A DNA stretch of 64,000 nt from Camelus ferus (Eukaryota): positions 13,518,001 to 13,582,000 of the forward strand of contig NC_045697.1 of the NCBI RefSeq assembly GCF_009834535.1, written 5' to 3'. The notes beneath the pieces were generated by a model. The model worked only from the letters and a program-made list of their open reading frames with translations. It did not search any database and was not told where the DNA came from. Made by a program: the position numbers and the translations under genes. This document shows, piece by piece, positions 35,321 to 49,021 of this stretch. Every line of letters begins with the position of its first letter. The first letter of the stretch is position 1.

Positions 35321-36683
35321 CAATTCCCATGAAAAAGAAAGCTTAGGAATCACATCCAGCCTATCTGGTGCCACAGTTCGCCCCATTTTGAATGTACGGC
35401 TGCCAGTTCTGCCTTGTAAAATCTCCTATATTACTTTTCAGAACTGTTATTTTTATCAGTTATTATTATTTAGCATTTCATGTTCTGCCCCTCCAACTGG
35501 ATTGTAATAAAAATACAGAAAGATACCATTTAATTTAGATATTTGTAATAGTCCATTTTGTTTAATGTATTGCATTCTCCTGATTTGTTATAAGGTAATT
35601 TACTAGATAATGCTTAAATAAGCCCATTATCTCATACATAATTAAGATATTAAGAGACAACAATACGGTTTTAACTTGCTTTCGTTTTCTGCAGCAGTTA
35701 ATGTATTACCTGTGACAATGAGACAAATCTCCATCGTGATTTGGTACGTGCCTCCCTATGTGGAGAATTCTAACCTTGCTTCCTTGAGGAAACAGCATCT
35801 TTAAAAGTGAGCAGATATAGTACGTGCTCTTAATTAACTTTCTAACTTTCAAACTTGTATTAACAGATGTGAACGGGCCAATTTCTCATCTGTGCCTTGA
35901 AGAATTTTGCAAACATGGAGATGTGGTACCGACTCCTTTTTCCATAATCTGGTGATCTCTTTTCAAAGTTGTAAAAGGGAAAAGCTAAGCTAACTCCAGT
36001 GTGGCACAGAAGGAAAAATATTTATTTTGGGGGTTATATTATGTAGCTTCTGATCACGAATACCATTTGTAATGTTGGTTATTTATTTGACGGAGGATAA
36101 ATTACTTAATCTCCCTGGATCTTTATTTCCATGTATAAAATAGCACTAAGAAGAATAAGGCATTCAGAGCTTAAAGAACTACTGAGTTAAAATAATTTAA
36201 AATAGGATCTTAGGTAGAAAAGCGCATTTGATAATTGTAGTAACAGCACCAGCGTCAGCAGCAGCAGGACCACGAGTAGTAACCCAAGTCTATATAATGC
36301 TAGTGTTACTGTTTTGAGGCTCCGAGCACAGTGCCCATCTGAAGAATGGCTGAAAATAAACTCTGCCCTGCTTACTACCACAGGATGGTGATTCTTTTCA
36401 GAGTGTTAATATGAACACTAGATGTCCCTTTGAGGACCATATATCATACATAAATCACATAAAGGTAGATTTTATTTTTTTTTCAAAACTTCCCTCTTGC
36501 TCACATTTGGAGTAGAACACTTTCTTCCTGAAGGGTATGCCCACTGCCTGGGTGGAGAATCACTGTCAGAGTAAACACTGCTACTGATGGAGAATATCAT
36601 ATCCCCAGTTGAAAGGCACTATTCTGCATGTTGCCTAAGGGTTCTGTGGTATAGACAGAAGGAGTGAGCTTCATGGAGGAGGC

Positions 36684-36779
36684 AGGGTTGTCCCAAGATG
36701 TTCATTCATTCATTGTTTATCTAAAATTTACATTTAACTGGGCATCCTCTATTCTCATTTGCTAGATCTGGCTATATTA
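36684..36779. mobile_element. MER53-like hAT MITE, one arm only
   Basis: ttcattgtttatctaaaatttacatttaactgggcatcctctattctcatttgctagatctggc matches the right arm of palindromic MER53; agggttg at 36684 resembles its left terminus. Confidence 0.65.
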
Positions 36780-39045
36780 GAATTAAAGGAAGGAGAGAAA
36801 TATTATCATATCAGACTTGCCCTAGTAGTACTGGTTTCTCTCAGGTCCTTGCAATGCTTCTTAACATCACAGAATAGACAATGAAGCGATTACCCATGAC
36901 CGAGAACAGCTGGAAGGAGCTGTATACCTAATTACAGAGACTCGTGTATGTCACGAGCTCCTCTCTCCCGCTGCAACACCGAGTAATCCTTTTTTGGGTT
37001 AGTCCTACTACGATCACCATAATACATTATGAGCAACAGAGACATTTCCAAATCAATGGGAGAAGCAGACCTGCAACAAGATCTTTATCCTCCACTTAGA
37101 AGGTGTGTATTTTCTCCTTCCCTCAGACACTCTTAGGCAATCTGGTATCAGACATTAATACTACTTTACTTTGCTCATAATTCTATCCCTGCTGCCTGCT
37201 GGGCATATAGAAAATATTGGTAAATGAATGAGTGAATGAATGATTGATTAAGCAATATGCCTTTAGGGTATCAACTAAGAAAATGGCAAGAGCAGAACAT
37301 TTTCAAGCAAAAGGAACACAGATTATCACTAGATAGCTCTGTTTCATCGTAATACAACCCACACAGCTATTTTTAGTAATTTGAGATTCCTGTGAGCAAT
37401 AAAAGTGTACTTTTCTAAGAGTTTACTGGTTTAGAATGGACTCAACACCTAAAAATGTTATAGATTTTTATGTTATAACAAATATAATATTATCTATGAA
37501 ATATAGTCTCCGTTTTGAATCTCAAACTATTAGAGTAACATTAACTCAAGGATGAGTTTTTACAAATCCTCATTTACTTGAAAAAAAAAAAAAACTCAAT
37601 TCCCTGTACCCCTACCTTGTTGTGGGACCGTCTTCCAAGCAGATGGATCATCTAGAACTTGTCAGGAGCTTGTTAACCACCCCCCCAAACACATAGCAGG
37701 TCAAATCACCCTGGTAGAATACTGATCCAGAAAGCCTACATTAATCCCATGTACATGGACCCTCCAATTTCCATAGCTTTGTTCACTCTCACAGATAAAA
37801 AATGAACAACCCACATGGCCAGGTATTTTTTTCCAGCTCATCTTTTCCATTCTTAGCTGCTAGATTTTCCCGTTTCTGACATCCATTATTCTTAACAGTG
37901 AGATACAGACTAGATGCTTCATTAGAGAAAATCCATCACTCCTTGATTGGTCTGAGTACCACACTAATGATTTTTATTCCCTACTTTCATTTCTACTACT
38001 AAATTTTTATAAACTTATAAAGCTTTGCTACCCTCATTATTCCTTCCTACATTACCTCCAGTCTTAAATTTATTGGTCAATAAATATAAAGGTTGTAGTT
38101 GTATTCTGATGCATGGATTGTCTACATGAACGATTTCTATCATTACTAGTAGAATTTATCAAAAATTGTCCCAAGAGTCACAATATGATATATTATAATT
38201 TATTAGCCACATGTGTTATCTTCAAATACAATATTAATTTTGGGTAAAGACAGCACCACAGTGGAGTGATAATTATCTTGCTCCATGGATAAGATCAGAA
38301 GATAATTTACAAAAGTACTTGTAAAACCTGTCTGTCTACAAAATAGAAGAAAATGTGCAGATCATAGCCCGAAGAATTCAGGGTTCACAATATTAAAACT
38401 ATTGTAATTAAATGGAACTTAGGGGGGAAAAATCTACAAAAATACTTTCAAACAAAAAGAACACAGATTATTGTTAGGCAAGTGTTTTTCAGTGGCAATT
38501 CAGCTCACCACAGTCAATGTTATATATTATATACATATCCAAAAGTGTAAAATAAATACTATACTTATATACATTTGGGCTGAAAAACAGATTCAGCTCT
38601 GCATAAAATTGTGGGACATGCAGTGATATGTTTTACTGACTATGAGGATGTCAACTGCTTTCATTTCTCAGTGTATTCTACTAACAATAACTGTACAATT
38701 TCTAACAGCAGCATTATTGTTAAGGTGCCAAAGGGGTCACATAAAGAAACAGCAATACATCTAACAATGTTTTCCAGTTCAAATGCATGGCTTATTTCCT
38801 TCAAGAAATCCATTTGCTAGTACCTGACATGGTTTCTTTTTAGAAATTTTAAATATGATTCTTTCAAACTATAGCCCATAAGCACGGACTGAGTTTTCAC
38901 TGTTCTTTTTATCCCCTTTAGCTGCTGTCCCAGGGGCTTGCCCATAGTAGGCATTTAATCATTTGCTGAATCACTAACACTGGGGCTGTTTTCTTAGCTT
39001 AATCATGGGTTGTGGAAGAACTAAGGAATATCAATCAAATCGTAC

Positions 39046-39451
39046 TGTATTAGTTTGCTAGGGCTGTCATAACAAAATGCCATGAACTAAATGGCTTAAA
39101 CTACAGAGATTTATTGTCTCACAGTTCTGGAGGACAGAAGTCTATAATCAAGGTGTCATCAGGGTTGGTTCTTCATGAGGGCATGAAGGACAGAACCATT
39201 CCGTCTCTCCTTGGCTTGTAGATAGTCACCTTCTCTCTAAGTCTCTTCACATCGTCTTCCCTCTCATGTGTGTTTGTCTCCAATTTCCCATCTTATAAGG
39301 ACACTGGTCCTAACAGATTAGGGCCCACCCCATCCTTTTACTTTGATCACCTTACTACAGACTCTGTCTTCAAATACAATCACACTCAGAACCTCTAGGA
39401 GTTAGGACTTCAATATTTGGATTTGAGGGAAACACAATTAAATCCATAACA
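39046..39451 (-). mobile_element. MaLR LTR, MLT1B-like (3' LTR)
   Basis: tgtattagtttgctagggctgtcataacaaaatgcc..tttattgtctcacagttctggagg..cttataaggacactggtc..gattagggcccacc..aacacaattaaatccataaca. Confidence 0.9.
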
Positions 39452-40405
39452 GTCTGACTTCTGTTTCCTCCCCAAATTCATGTCCTTCTCACGTGCAAAA
39501 TACATTCACTTTATTCTAACCTCCCCCAAAGTCTTTACCCATTCCAGCATCATCTCTAAGTCCAAAATCCTATCTAAACATCATTTAATTCAATTATGTG
39601 TGAAACTTAAGGTGTGATTCATTCTGGGGAAAAATTCCTTTTCATCAGAAACTTGTAATACCAGCCAAGTTATATACTTTTAAAGTACACTAACTTAGGA
39701 CAGACTTCCCATTCCAAAAGAGAAAAATCAGAGAAACAAAAGGATCACAGACTCTAAGTAAATCTGAAAACTGGCAGAGCAAATTCCATCAGATTTTAAG
39801 GCTTGAAAATAATTCTTCTTGGATGGTTGCCCTGTCCTCTAGGCCCGCTGGGGTGGCAATCCCACATCTTTGGAGGAGGGCAGCTCCACCCTCTGAAACC
39901 AGAGATGTTCTGCCCTCCTTTCTTACTTGCCATCTCAGTCCCTTTGAATCCAGGCTGACAATGTTCTGCTGGTCTCAGTTTCTGAAAATCCTTGCTGGCC
40001 TCACTCATGTGCAATTCACGTGAGTCCACACCATCAGAAAAGAGGGTCCTTCACAAACATCTGAATATATGCAGCTCTGTTCCTGGCTTCTCCTGAGATT
40101 GGATCCATGAGTCACACAGCTAGCCTCGTTAGCAAACAGCTTTCCAGCCACTTGGCCCTGTTTCCAGAACACACTATCTGAAAGGGCTGAGAAACATCCA
40201 AACCATCCAGTGCAGAATCCTCTCTGATTAACACCCCTTCTTCGACGTAGCTCTCTCTTCTAGTGCTTTACCATAAGGCACAAGGAGAAGCAAAGCTGTA
40301 CCTTCAACACTTTGTTTAGAAATGGCTGCAGCTAAATATCCATCACTTCCAAGTTCTACTTTCCACAAAATACTAGAACACAGTTGGGCCAAGTTGTCTG
40401 CCAAT
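39452..40405 (-). mobile_element. MLT1 internal region (MLT1-int), partial
   Basis: Directly abuts the LTR: ccccaaattcatgtccttctcacgtgcaaaatacattc..cccattccagcatca..ttcccattccaaaag..ttttaaggcttgaaaataattc..tactttccacaaaatactagaacac. Confidence 0.8.
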
Positions 40406-41287
40406 GTTCTTTCTCAAGGAGACTTTCAAAAAAATTATTTAACATAGTATTTCAATCCTCTCGTGAGGTCAGTGGACTATTCTACCATAAGAGTCTAAGG
40501 ACAAGTCAGAAATAAGAGCCTTCTCAGAATGGCCAGCAGCTGAGAGGGAGTCCACTGTCAAATTCCTACATAGGTCCGTGGGGGCTGGGGGATGCCCTAT
40601 GGTTAGTCTTTGCCAGCCAGACTCAGTCTTAAGGCACAAGGGAATTGATAGAAATGATGTTCAGTTCCGCCCACTTCACTTCAAGTTGAAGCATCCCAGA
40701 GACATAATCATCACTTTTCCCAGAATAACCCCTACTTTGACCTTGGAGTGTACACAATAAAAACTAGCAGATTTTTTTTTACTCTAAAGCACAGTTGATG
40801 TGCATTTCTGCGGAAAGCATATGGCATACGCCAGATTTCTTTGAATTCTTCAGTCCATCTGTGGAGCAGGCTTCTTAGGGAGAAACCTAGAACAAAAACG
40901 AGTTTCTCAGTAGGTTCTTTTAATTTCTCCTCAGTAACGCACTAACATCTCTTGATTTTCTGAAATTGCTGCTTTATGTAGAGTGGAGTTTCTTGAGAAG
41001 AACACCTGGGAACTGTTGAACACATATGGTCTTTATTCCTGTCCTCAGATTGTTAGATGACATTTTTGTCTGCATTAATCAAACATGGACAGGTTAAGCA
41101 TTAGGCTTTTTCTAGCAGTTGGTTTAAAAATTAATTTGACATATTAAAACAGCTCATCATTCTTGTCTTCAGCCTCAGTCATGTACTTTGTTGAATATTC
41201 AGAAATTCGTTCTCTAGCATGTTGGAACACCTGCACAGTGTTGAGCTAGGACATGGAGAGGCGGGGAGGATAGGTGGCAAATGTTCC

Positions 41288-41751
41288 TGTTACCAAGTGC
41301 AAGTTCACGTGCCCAGTGCACCATGAGGCCAAATAAATGTCAGAGTTTGGAGCAAATAAAGGTTTATTGCAGATCTGAGCAAAGAGGATGGGGTGGCTCA
41401 TGCCCAAGAAAACCCCAAACTCTTTAAAGAGTTCCAGCAAAGCATATTTAAAGGCCAGCTGCAGGGGTGGTGGGGGCTGCAGTGTACACGATCCACTCAT
41501 GAACAGTTCTCTGATTGATTGATGTAAAGATAACAGAACGGTCAATGCTATCCACCTCTGGGCGCCAGAAGGTCGGGGGTCACATGCTTCCGAACATCAT
41601 TTCTTCTCTTTGGTGGTGGTATTTAGCATCTGAAAAACTCAGGAAATATACATGAGATGCTATCATCTGGGTACATCAGAGAGGAGCTACGGTGGAGGAT
41701 ATGGGGGAGGGGTTTGTCCCAGGAAGGCCCATGGGGTCCTACTCAGTTACA
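41288..41751 (-). mobile_element. ERV1-class solo LTR (464 bp)
   Basis: TG...CA termini, near-exact 4-bp TSD ttcc/tccc, tttatt (minus-strand AATAAA) near 41363; the minus-strand 5' end is tgtaactgagtaggacccc. Confidence 0.85.
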
Positions 41752-42804
41752 TCCCTAAGTTGAGTGTTGCATCCTCACCAGCCACTGGAATGTAATATCC
41801 CAACATCTTTTCTAAGCTCTCCAGTATGTTCTATGCGCTAAGTGCGGGGGGAAAGTAATAGGGCCTGAGAGGTGATGGTACTTATACTAGCTGCATTCAT
41901 CTTGAAACAGGCATTCTATATGCTGCACTTAAACTATAAATTTAACACTTAACTATTAGCACAAAAGTCATGAATTATTGCCAACATAGAAAAATAAAAA
42001 CAAAGAAAATATATCCATCATCTTTTTTCACATAGCTGTCAGTGAGAAATCCCTTTCCCAAATATTTGTGTTTCTTTGTTTGCTTTTTATTCTGCACTTA
42101 TGGGTATCAAACACTGGATATTTACACGTAGAAGAAATTTATTGATCTGGAGTTCTGTGCACTTTCTCTTTTGCTCTTCCTCATAATTTTTATTAATGAA
42201 TTAAAAATTAGTTATCAGAATAGAAAATACTATCTTTTTTGAATAAGGGTGGAGCAAGGAGATTTTTGGAGCTATTACTTTATAAAATAGTAGACTAAAC
42301 TACAAGTGTTTTCACCTCTTTCACTCATTTAACATTTATTTTCTGACAAGATAATGTATGGCAAATATTATTTTAAGGACTGATGAGGGTGCAAGATTAG
42401 ATGTAATGGAAATCTTGTATAGGGGACAAAGTCTACCTGAAAGGCGACAGCCTGGACTGGATCCCCTCACCACCACTCTGCAACTGCTTAAACAAGGAAA
42501 TAACATCTAACCCACTGCAGTCAGAAAAAGAGGTAAATGATAAATCCTCCCTGGGGAGGTAATGCAGAGTCTTATCAGTTAAGCACAGTTTCCATGAAGA
42601 CATTGTACTTGCTTGCCCTTCTGCCTGAAGAGCTCTGCTAACGTCTGGCTCCTTCTGGTCATTCAGCCTCAGCTCCAGTACTGTTCCTTGAGAAAGACTG
42701 TGTCTGTGCAGTTCTGGAAGTCTATGACGGTTGCTGCGGTATCATTTCAGTAGCCAAACCCCTTTCAAAAAATAGTAATAAATAAAGAGAGAAAGAGAGA
42801 AAGA

Positions 42805-43110
42805 CCTAAAACATCCAATAACAGTCTGTTAAAAAGAATTATGGCATAGTCATGTGATAGTGTATTATGCAATTTTTAAAATCATATTTAAAAAAAAATT
42901 CACTAATTTTCATAAAGGGTCATTTGTGAAAAAAAGCAAATTATAAAGAATATACAGTATGATCTCAATTTAAAAAAATTGATGTTAGTGATCTATCTGT
43001 ATAAATATATTCATGAGCAAAAAAAACATTGGAAGGACACAACAAAATGGCAGTAGTTTTCACAGTTCTCTGTATTTTAGAAATTATATTTCCATGTAAT
43101 ATTTCTTGAT
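42805..43110 (+). mobile_element. Old L1 3' fragment (L1ME/MC-like)
   Basis: acatccaataacag..aattatggcatagtcatgtgatag..tattatgcaatttttaaaa..gtgaaaaaaagcaaattata..atacagtatgatctcaattt. Confidence 0.65.
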
Positions 43111-43279
43111 TGGAAAGAAAAGGATATGGGAAAATATCAGTACTAGGGCTTTCTAGCTATTAAAGTATCATGGACCTCAATCTTAACAATACTTTTTTTT
43201 TTTTCTTTTAATCATTGCTTTTCAGTTAGCTGTTCTGTTGTCACAGAGATGCCCTTCAGTTGCTGTGGTAACAAATGAA

Positions 43280-43510
43280 TAATAACCAGCCGTTGTGTAG
43301 TGCTTCACAGCTCACACATTCTTTTCTCATGCAGCACATCATTTATGATCCACAAAAACTCAGAAGAGGTTCCGAAGGAGACAGAGGTGGCATCCTCCCC
43401 TGTGTGCAGATAAGAAATTAGAGACTCAAAGAGGCTAACTAAATTGCCTGTGGTCATACTGCTAATAATTTAAAGAGCTGATAGAAAATCTAAGCTCTCC
43501 TGCCTTCTTA
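43280..43510 (-). mobile_element. MIR fragment
   Basis: gtgcttcacagctcac..catcatttatgatccacaaaaac..gcagataagaaattagagactcaaagaggctaactaaattgcctgtggtcatactgctaa. Confidence 0.7.
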
Positions 43511-43969
43511 ATGCATTTCAAAGTAGGTTTAATTCATCTGTCTATATACGTATCTTTCTATTTATTTGCATGCTTGTATAATTCAAATAAAACCCTTTGT
43601 AAAACCCAACATATGACAAAGTGGAATTGGTCAGGTTTCATTACCAGCGAGGGACCCAAGGTCCCAAGGAATCATCCGCTTGTTTGCTATTTGTAGGGTT
43701 TCTAAAGCCTGGCATATTTTGCAAATCATTGTCCCATTGCTGACCGCCTAAACTTATCACCTCTCTCACAAAAGCACAGATATAGCTTCATCAATTACAT
43801 AGTTAAGCACTGTTCTTCTAAACTGAATCAAGATGCGTGTATATATGTGTTTCTCTTTATGATCAAATACCTAAGAATTGCGAACTGCCATTAAGAGGTA
43901 GAGAAGTTACCTTCCATATCCCATGATCCACAGAAATTTAGAGCCAGTGGGCAGATGAAGCAGGCTGGA

Positions 43970-44182
43970 GCCTGATGCCCAACACAGCAGCCACTAGCCT
44001 GCCAGGAGCTATTTAAGTCTAAATTAATTTAAAATAAGTACAATTAAAAATTGACTTTCTCAGTCACACTAGCTACGTTTCAAGTATTCAACAGCCCCAT
44101 GTACCAAGTGTATCCTAGATATGTCGGATAAAGCACATATGTATGTTACTATTATCAAAGACAATTCTCTTGAGTGGTACTG
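43970..44182. mobile_element. MER3-like hAT-Charlie element
   Basis: cagcagccactagcc..gctatttaag..aattaatttaaaataag..tcagtcacactagctacgtttcaagtattcaacagccccatgt. Confidence 0.75.
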
Positions 44183-47100
44183 GATTCTAGATACTTAAGA
44201 GGAAGTGTTAGATCTAGATATATCTAATGTAATCCTTGTTCTTCAGTGGCTCCCTGAAGCCTCAGAATCTTTATCTGTATTGGAAGGTTTGAAGATAGCT
44301 ATTATAGAGGCTTGTTGTACAGACTGAACGAGATACAGCCTATGAATGTAACCAAGGTAAATTTGATGAAAGTCCAAATAACGATCTTTATCCACCACAC
44401 TGCTCAGCTCTCCTCTGTCAATTCTTCCTCTCATATCCCTGGATTATCACTTGGGCTGATAACTTGGCTGACATCATTTTGGCTACCAAAAGTCAAAAAA
44501 GCAACCAGTTTTCACACATAAGATTCATTTTCATGATTTAAAAATGTTAGCCCAGATTTTGACCTTGTATCAATGCTTTCATTTCACATAGATTCAGTTA
44601 TTCTCCAGTTGCTACAACTGAGCACTTCAGGAGGGAATGTGGTCTGCCTTACCCCTGTTTTTCCACCTTCAAGTACCTCCAAAGACAGGCTCGGTGGAAG
44701 GGATTATCTTAGAAGAAAATGAACACATATCTCACATCCAGGTGTTATCACTACACTTCCTTTACATAAGGCTTCAAAATCCAGGTTCTGTTAGGCGTTT
44801 TCAAAGCCACTATACAGTTCAGTGTGTCTCTTGGAAAACCTGTCTTCTTCCTCCATGTTCTGTGTTCTGACCATTGCAAGATGTTCCTGGAAATTTTTTT
44901 CTTCCAAATTATATGAGTGAGAAGCAACTGTTTCATGTGTTCTCAAACTCCAGAAGACATATATCAAGTTCTCCCAAGAACTTTCTTGTCACATTTATTC
45001 CAGCCCCTTGACAGAATGAGGTTCTTAATTTTCATAACTTCATAAACATTCAACTAGCATCCACCAAATCTATAGGAACATCCTCCTCATGACCCTCCTC
45101 CCCTGCCTGGAGGTGAGTGGGAATAACATTTTCTCTTCCTCCATGACCAAACAGGAAAGGAAAATACCACCTCCTTCTCTCCTACATCAAAAATGCCCTA
45201 CCTACCTGACTCTCTACTTCAAATTTCTATTTTCAAATTTCTAAACTTCTCTTATAAAGTCTGGCAATGAGTAACAAAAGCTGATAATGCCTGGAATAAT
45301 TTTACTATCTTGGGAAGCACAGCATAGATGTGTTTACAAGCTCTCTATTGCCCTTTGTCTTCAACTAGCAGGCCTTAGTCAAAATTCAGAGACAACTAAG
45401 GACATCTCATTCCACATCCTGTATGAGGCTTTCTAAACACTATAATTGGAGCATAGTTCACACTATGAACATGGTAACTACAGTTACCACCAAAATTGTC
45501 AGGAAATGTTTTGTTAGCATCATCATTGGTAAAGAAATAGCTGGTCTGAGATGTACGTATGAGGACACTGTGATGTGAAATCTATACAGATAGATGTAAT
45601 TTCCAAAATTTGTGGTTGCATGTTCAAAAAAAGGAAATTACCATTTTTCTACTTTTGGAGCTTTTCCTGATTGCTTAAGATTGAATCAACTTTCAAGAAA
45701 ATGAGAGTCTGAAATGTAGCACTAAATATCATTGCCCTTCCAATGACCTGACTGAAAATCTTGCTATGAAGTTGTGCAGTAGAGAGTCCCTGGTGCCCCA
45801 GGTATGTGACCTCACGCAAATCTCTTACCCTTTGTTGGCCTCTGAGGAAATGACTGACTTGGGCAAGATCTGCTCTCTGACAAAATCATTCAAACTATCA
45901 AACTTAACACGTATGTAATTTGTTCAAATATAAGGGGCTGCTGGCAAAGAAGACACAAAAGCATGAAAAATAATGTGTTTCAGTTATGTGAGGTCTAAAA
46001 TTTCAGCCAGCATTCAGCTAAATGCAACCAGTTTTGCCCAGCTATGATAGATGGTCATTTAATAATTCCACATCAAATATAGCTATTTTCTTTGTCATAT
46101 AAAGAGAAAGCTTCCATTAATATTCATGGAATTATTAATAATAGACATCTCTAGGTAAGAAATATTGCCAGATACTACACTCTTGCAAAGGTCAGTTGTT
46201 TCTTGACGATCCTGCTAACTTACAGGCTTATTTTTGTAGCATTCCAGTTTTTGAGTAGCTGCAATGCTAATATGTCCTTACTTTTCTAAAATCTTTGATC
46301 CAGAGTTACTATTATTTCCAGACTTCTTAAAGGATGCAATAGCGTTCAGAGTAAATACAGGACACATTCAGCCTGGACACAGAATGACTTATTTGGGTGG
46401 CAGAAGAAACATCCCCAGAGAAAACCGCTATTAATAATTGTAATTAATTTTGGTGTGGCAATATCCACAAAGATATGCAACACTGAGCTCAGTAATTTCT
46501 TTCCAGATAATTCTTTCTGACAAATAATTCATTTGGTTTCCTAAGATATGTTAATGAGCTAAATAAAGTGCCCTAGATAGATTTTCTCCTGACTGGTAGA
46601 GAAAATTAAAAATGGCTGCCCCTAACTAATCCTTGTGTTCATACTCACAAACTTTTAATCACTAATCAGTTTTCCTATAATATTATTCTTTTCCAAAGTT
46701 TTTCTTGCCTTGTAAAAAAATGCTTTAACTGATCTAAAGAATTGTGTAAAACATTGGCTTCTAATTTGTTGCAATGTTTGTTTAATACCTATCTGCCTCC
46801 AGTTTTATTCTTCTTTTTGCATTTGGATACAATGTGATGGTGATGTACTGGAAACATGCCTAAGGTATTGATGAGCACTGAGGAAGAAAAGTCGAATGTT
46901 CCCTTTGCAGAGGAGGTGGTTTTTTGTGCTGTATCTTAAAGGACGAAAGAAATCAGAAAACCTGTGTTTGAGTTTAACCTTCTCCGCTAACCAAAGACAT
47001 GGTTTTGGGTAAATTAGCATGACCTCAAAAAGCATAGTGTGGTTTCTATAAAATGGAGATAATTATATTTGTCTAATTATTTATAAAATTTCTGTGAGGA

Positions 47101-49021
47101 TAGAATGTGTTTATTGATGTAAAACAGAATTCAAAATATTTTAAAAGTATTATTGTTTTTTCTAATATGCAGCCCAGAATGGCATCATACTTTAAGAAAT
47201 AAGTTTCTTTTCCATGGCTGTAGTGGGATGTTGACATCAGGCTCTTCCACTGTTGCCCAGTTTTGGGCAAATTATAAAAATAAAGTCTTATAATGAATGA
47301 GGTCCACCAATTTTGCATATTCAGTAACGTGAGTATTGGTTGATTCAAATGTATATTTATATGGGTTGCATACTTTTCAAGATGCATGCTAAATAATTTC
47401 CTATCTGGGTTTCTTTAATATAGTATGTTAGCTATGCTTTGACCCAGCAAAATCATCATTTGAATGTTATTAGAATTAGAGAAATACAAAAAAATATATA
47501 CTAAGTATGTAACATCCTTGCATCTCAACTCAAAGGTCAATTATACTTATGTAGATTTTTTTTTTCTTTCTTTTTGACACTGGTTAAAATTCTGTCTCTT
47601 TTGATGCTATTTTCAGTGTTTAACGAGAATGTTCTAGTGAACTAAGGAATCTGAAGGGCACCAGGAGCTTGAAACTCAGTTTCTACTTAAGAGTTAAGGA
47701 TTCAGGAACCATCTTATTCTTCATTGGTAACTAGATAATGTATTTTAACGCTTGACTTCACTTTTGAGAATTACTTACACCCTGTATTCCAAAGTACCCT
47801 TTGTAATACCTACCATATGACTATCACTCAGTCTACATGGAGCCCTTTCATTTGGACTTATTAGATCTTTATTAATCTATTTCTGCTTATTTTATTTTTA
47901 TTTTATCTGGAAATAGCTCTTTCCCTTGAATTCATTTTCCTAACTCTTCAGGACTTTTTGAGGATTGCAAAATCAAATTATTTCCCAAAGCATCTCCTTT
48001 GCTGGAAATATGGTTTGTTTCGACATTCAAAGTCATTGGATAAAGTTATTCATACATCAAATTCAGTCTGAACATGAATTTTCTTGAAATCTATATATTT
48101 TTCTTTCTCTTGACATCTCCATCATCTCTGAAATTCCAACTTCCTCTCATGCTCTAGTTTTATGTTCTTACTTCATTTTTAAATATAAACTCTATTTCTC
48201 AGCAGCCAACTTAACAATTTTAATGTTTTATGTAAAAATTTATTCATTCTTTCAGAGAATTATACTTGACAGTCAATGTGCACTTGAAATTTTCTGTGCT
48301 CTCATTACTGGACATAGAAACTGACCTTGTAAAGACATATCTGATGACAGTATGGAAGGATAATACTTGACAAATTCTCAGCCTCACTAGTCAAAACAAT
48401 TTTCTGCTTGGGTATTGACATTTCTAATATTATTCATTATTTTTCAAGACTATTTGAGTGATTATAGTCATTTGGACATGGATCTCAAGTTTGTTATGAG
48501 ATAATTTATAAATGAGTAAATAAGATATCATATGTGTTGCAAATGTCAGATTAAGTGAAACACTGGAATTACAATTAATGTGAAGAGATTCACTAATAAA
48601 GAAATGCCAGACAATGTCAGAAAGAAACCAAGTGAAATAAAGTCATCTCTGTTGTACAAATGAACACAATTTCAATAATTTTCCACCTGGCAAGAAATAG
48701 TCAAGTAAACATCTATGCATGTAGCTTAGAATTTTATTCTATTCTGTATTTGTACCCAAACAATATTTTTAAACCATAAAAGAACCATAATTCAATATGA
48801 GTTTGTGGTTGGTGGCTGTGTTCTAGGAAAGCTACCATCTTACCTTTGACTTTTCTGAAGCCAACAATCTCCTAAATCTTTATGGACAATTTTATGTTGT
48901 TTTCCCACTCATGTCTTAAATTGAGTCCAGGTAATATAACCAAACTTCCTTTTGCATACCTCATGATTTCTCAGAGATCACCTGAGGAATAATGACTCTG
49001 GATGCCTACTGCTATCCCTTT

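Noticed and set aside
36243..36268. CAG-rich tract as a polyQ/polyS coding repeat
   Set aside because: Short, imperfect, at the end of a MIR relic and with no exon context.
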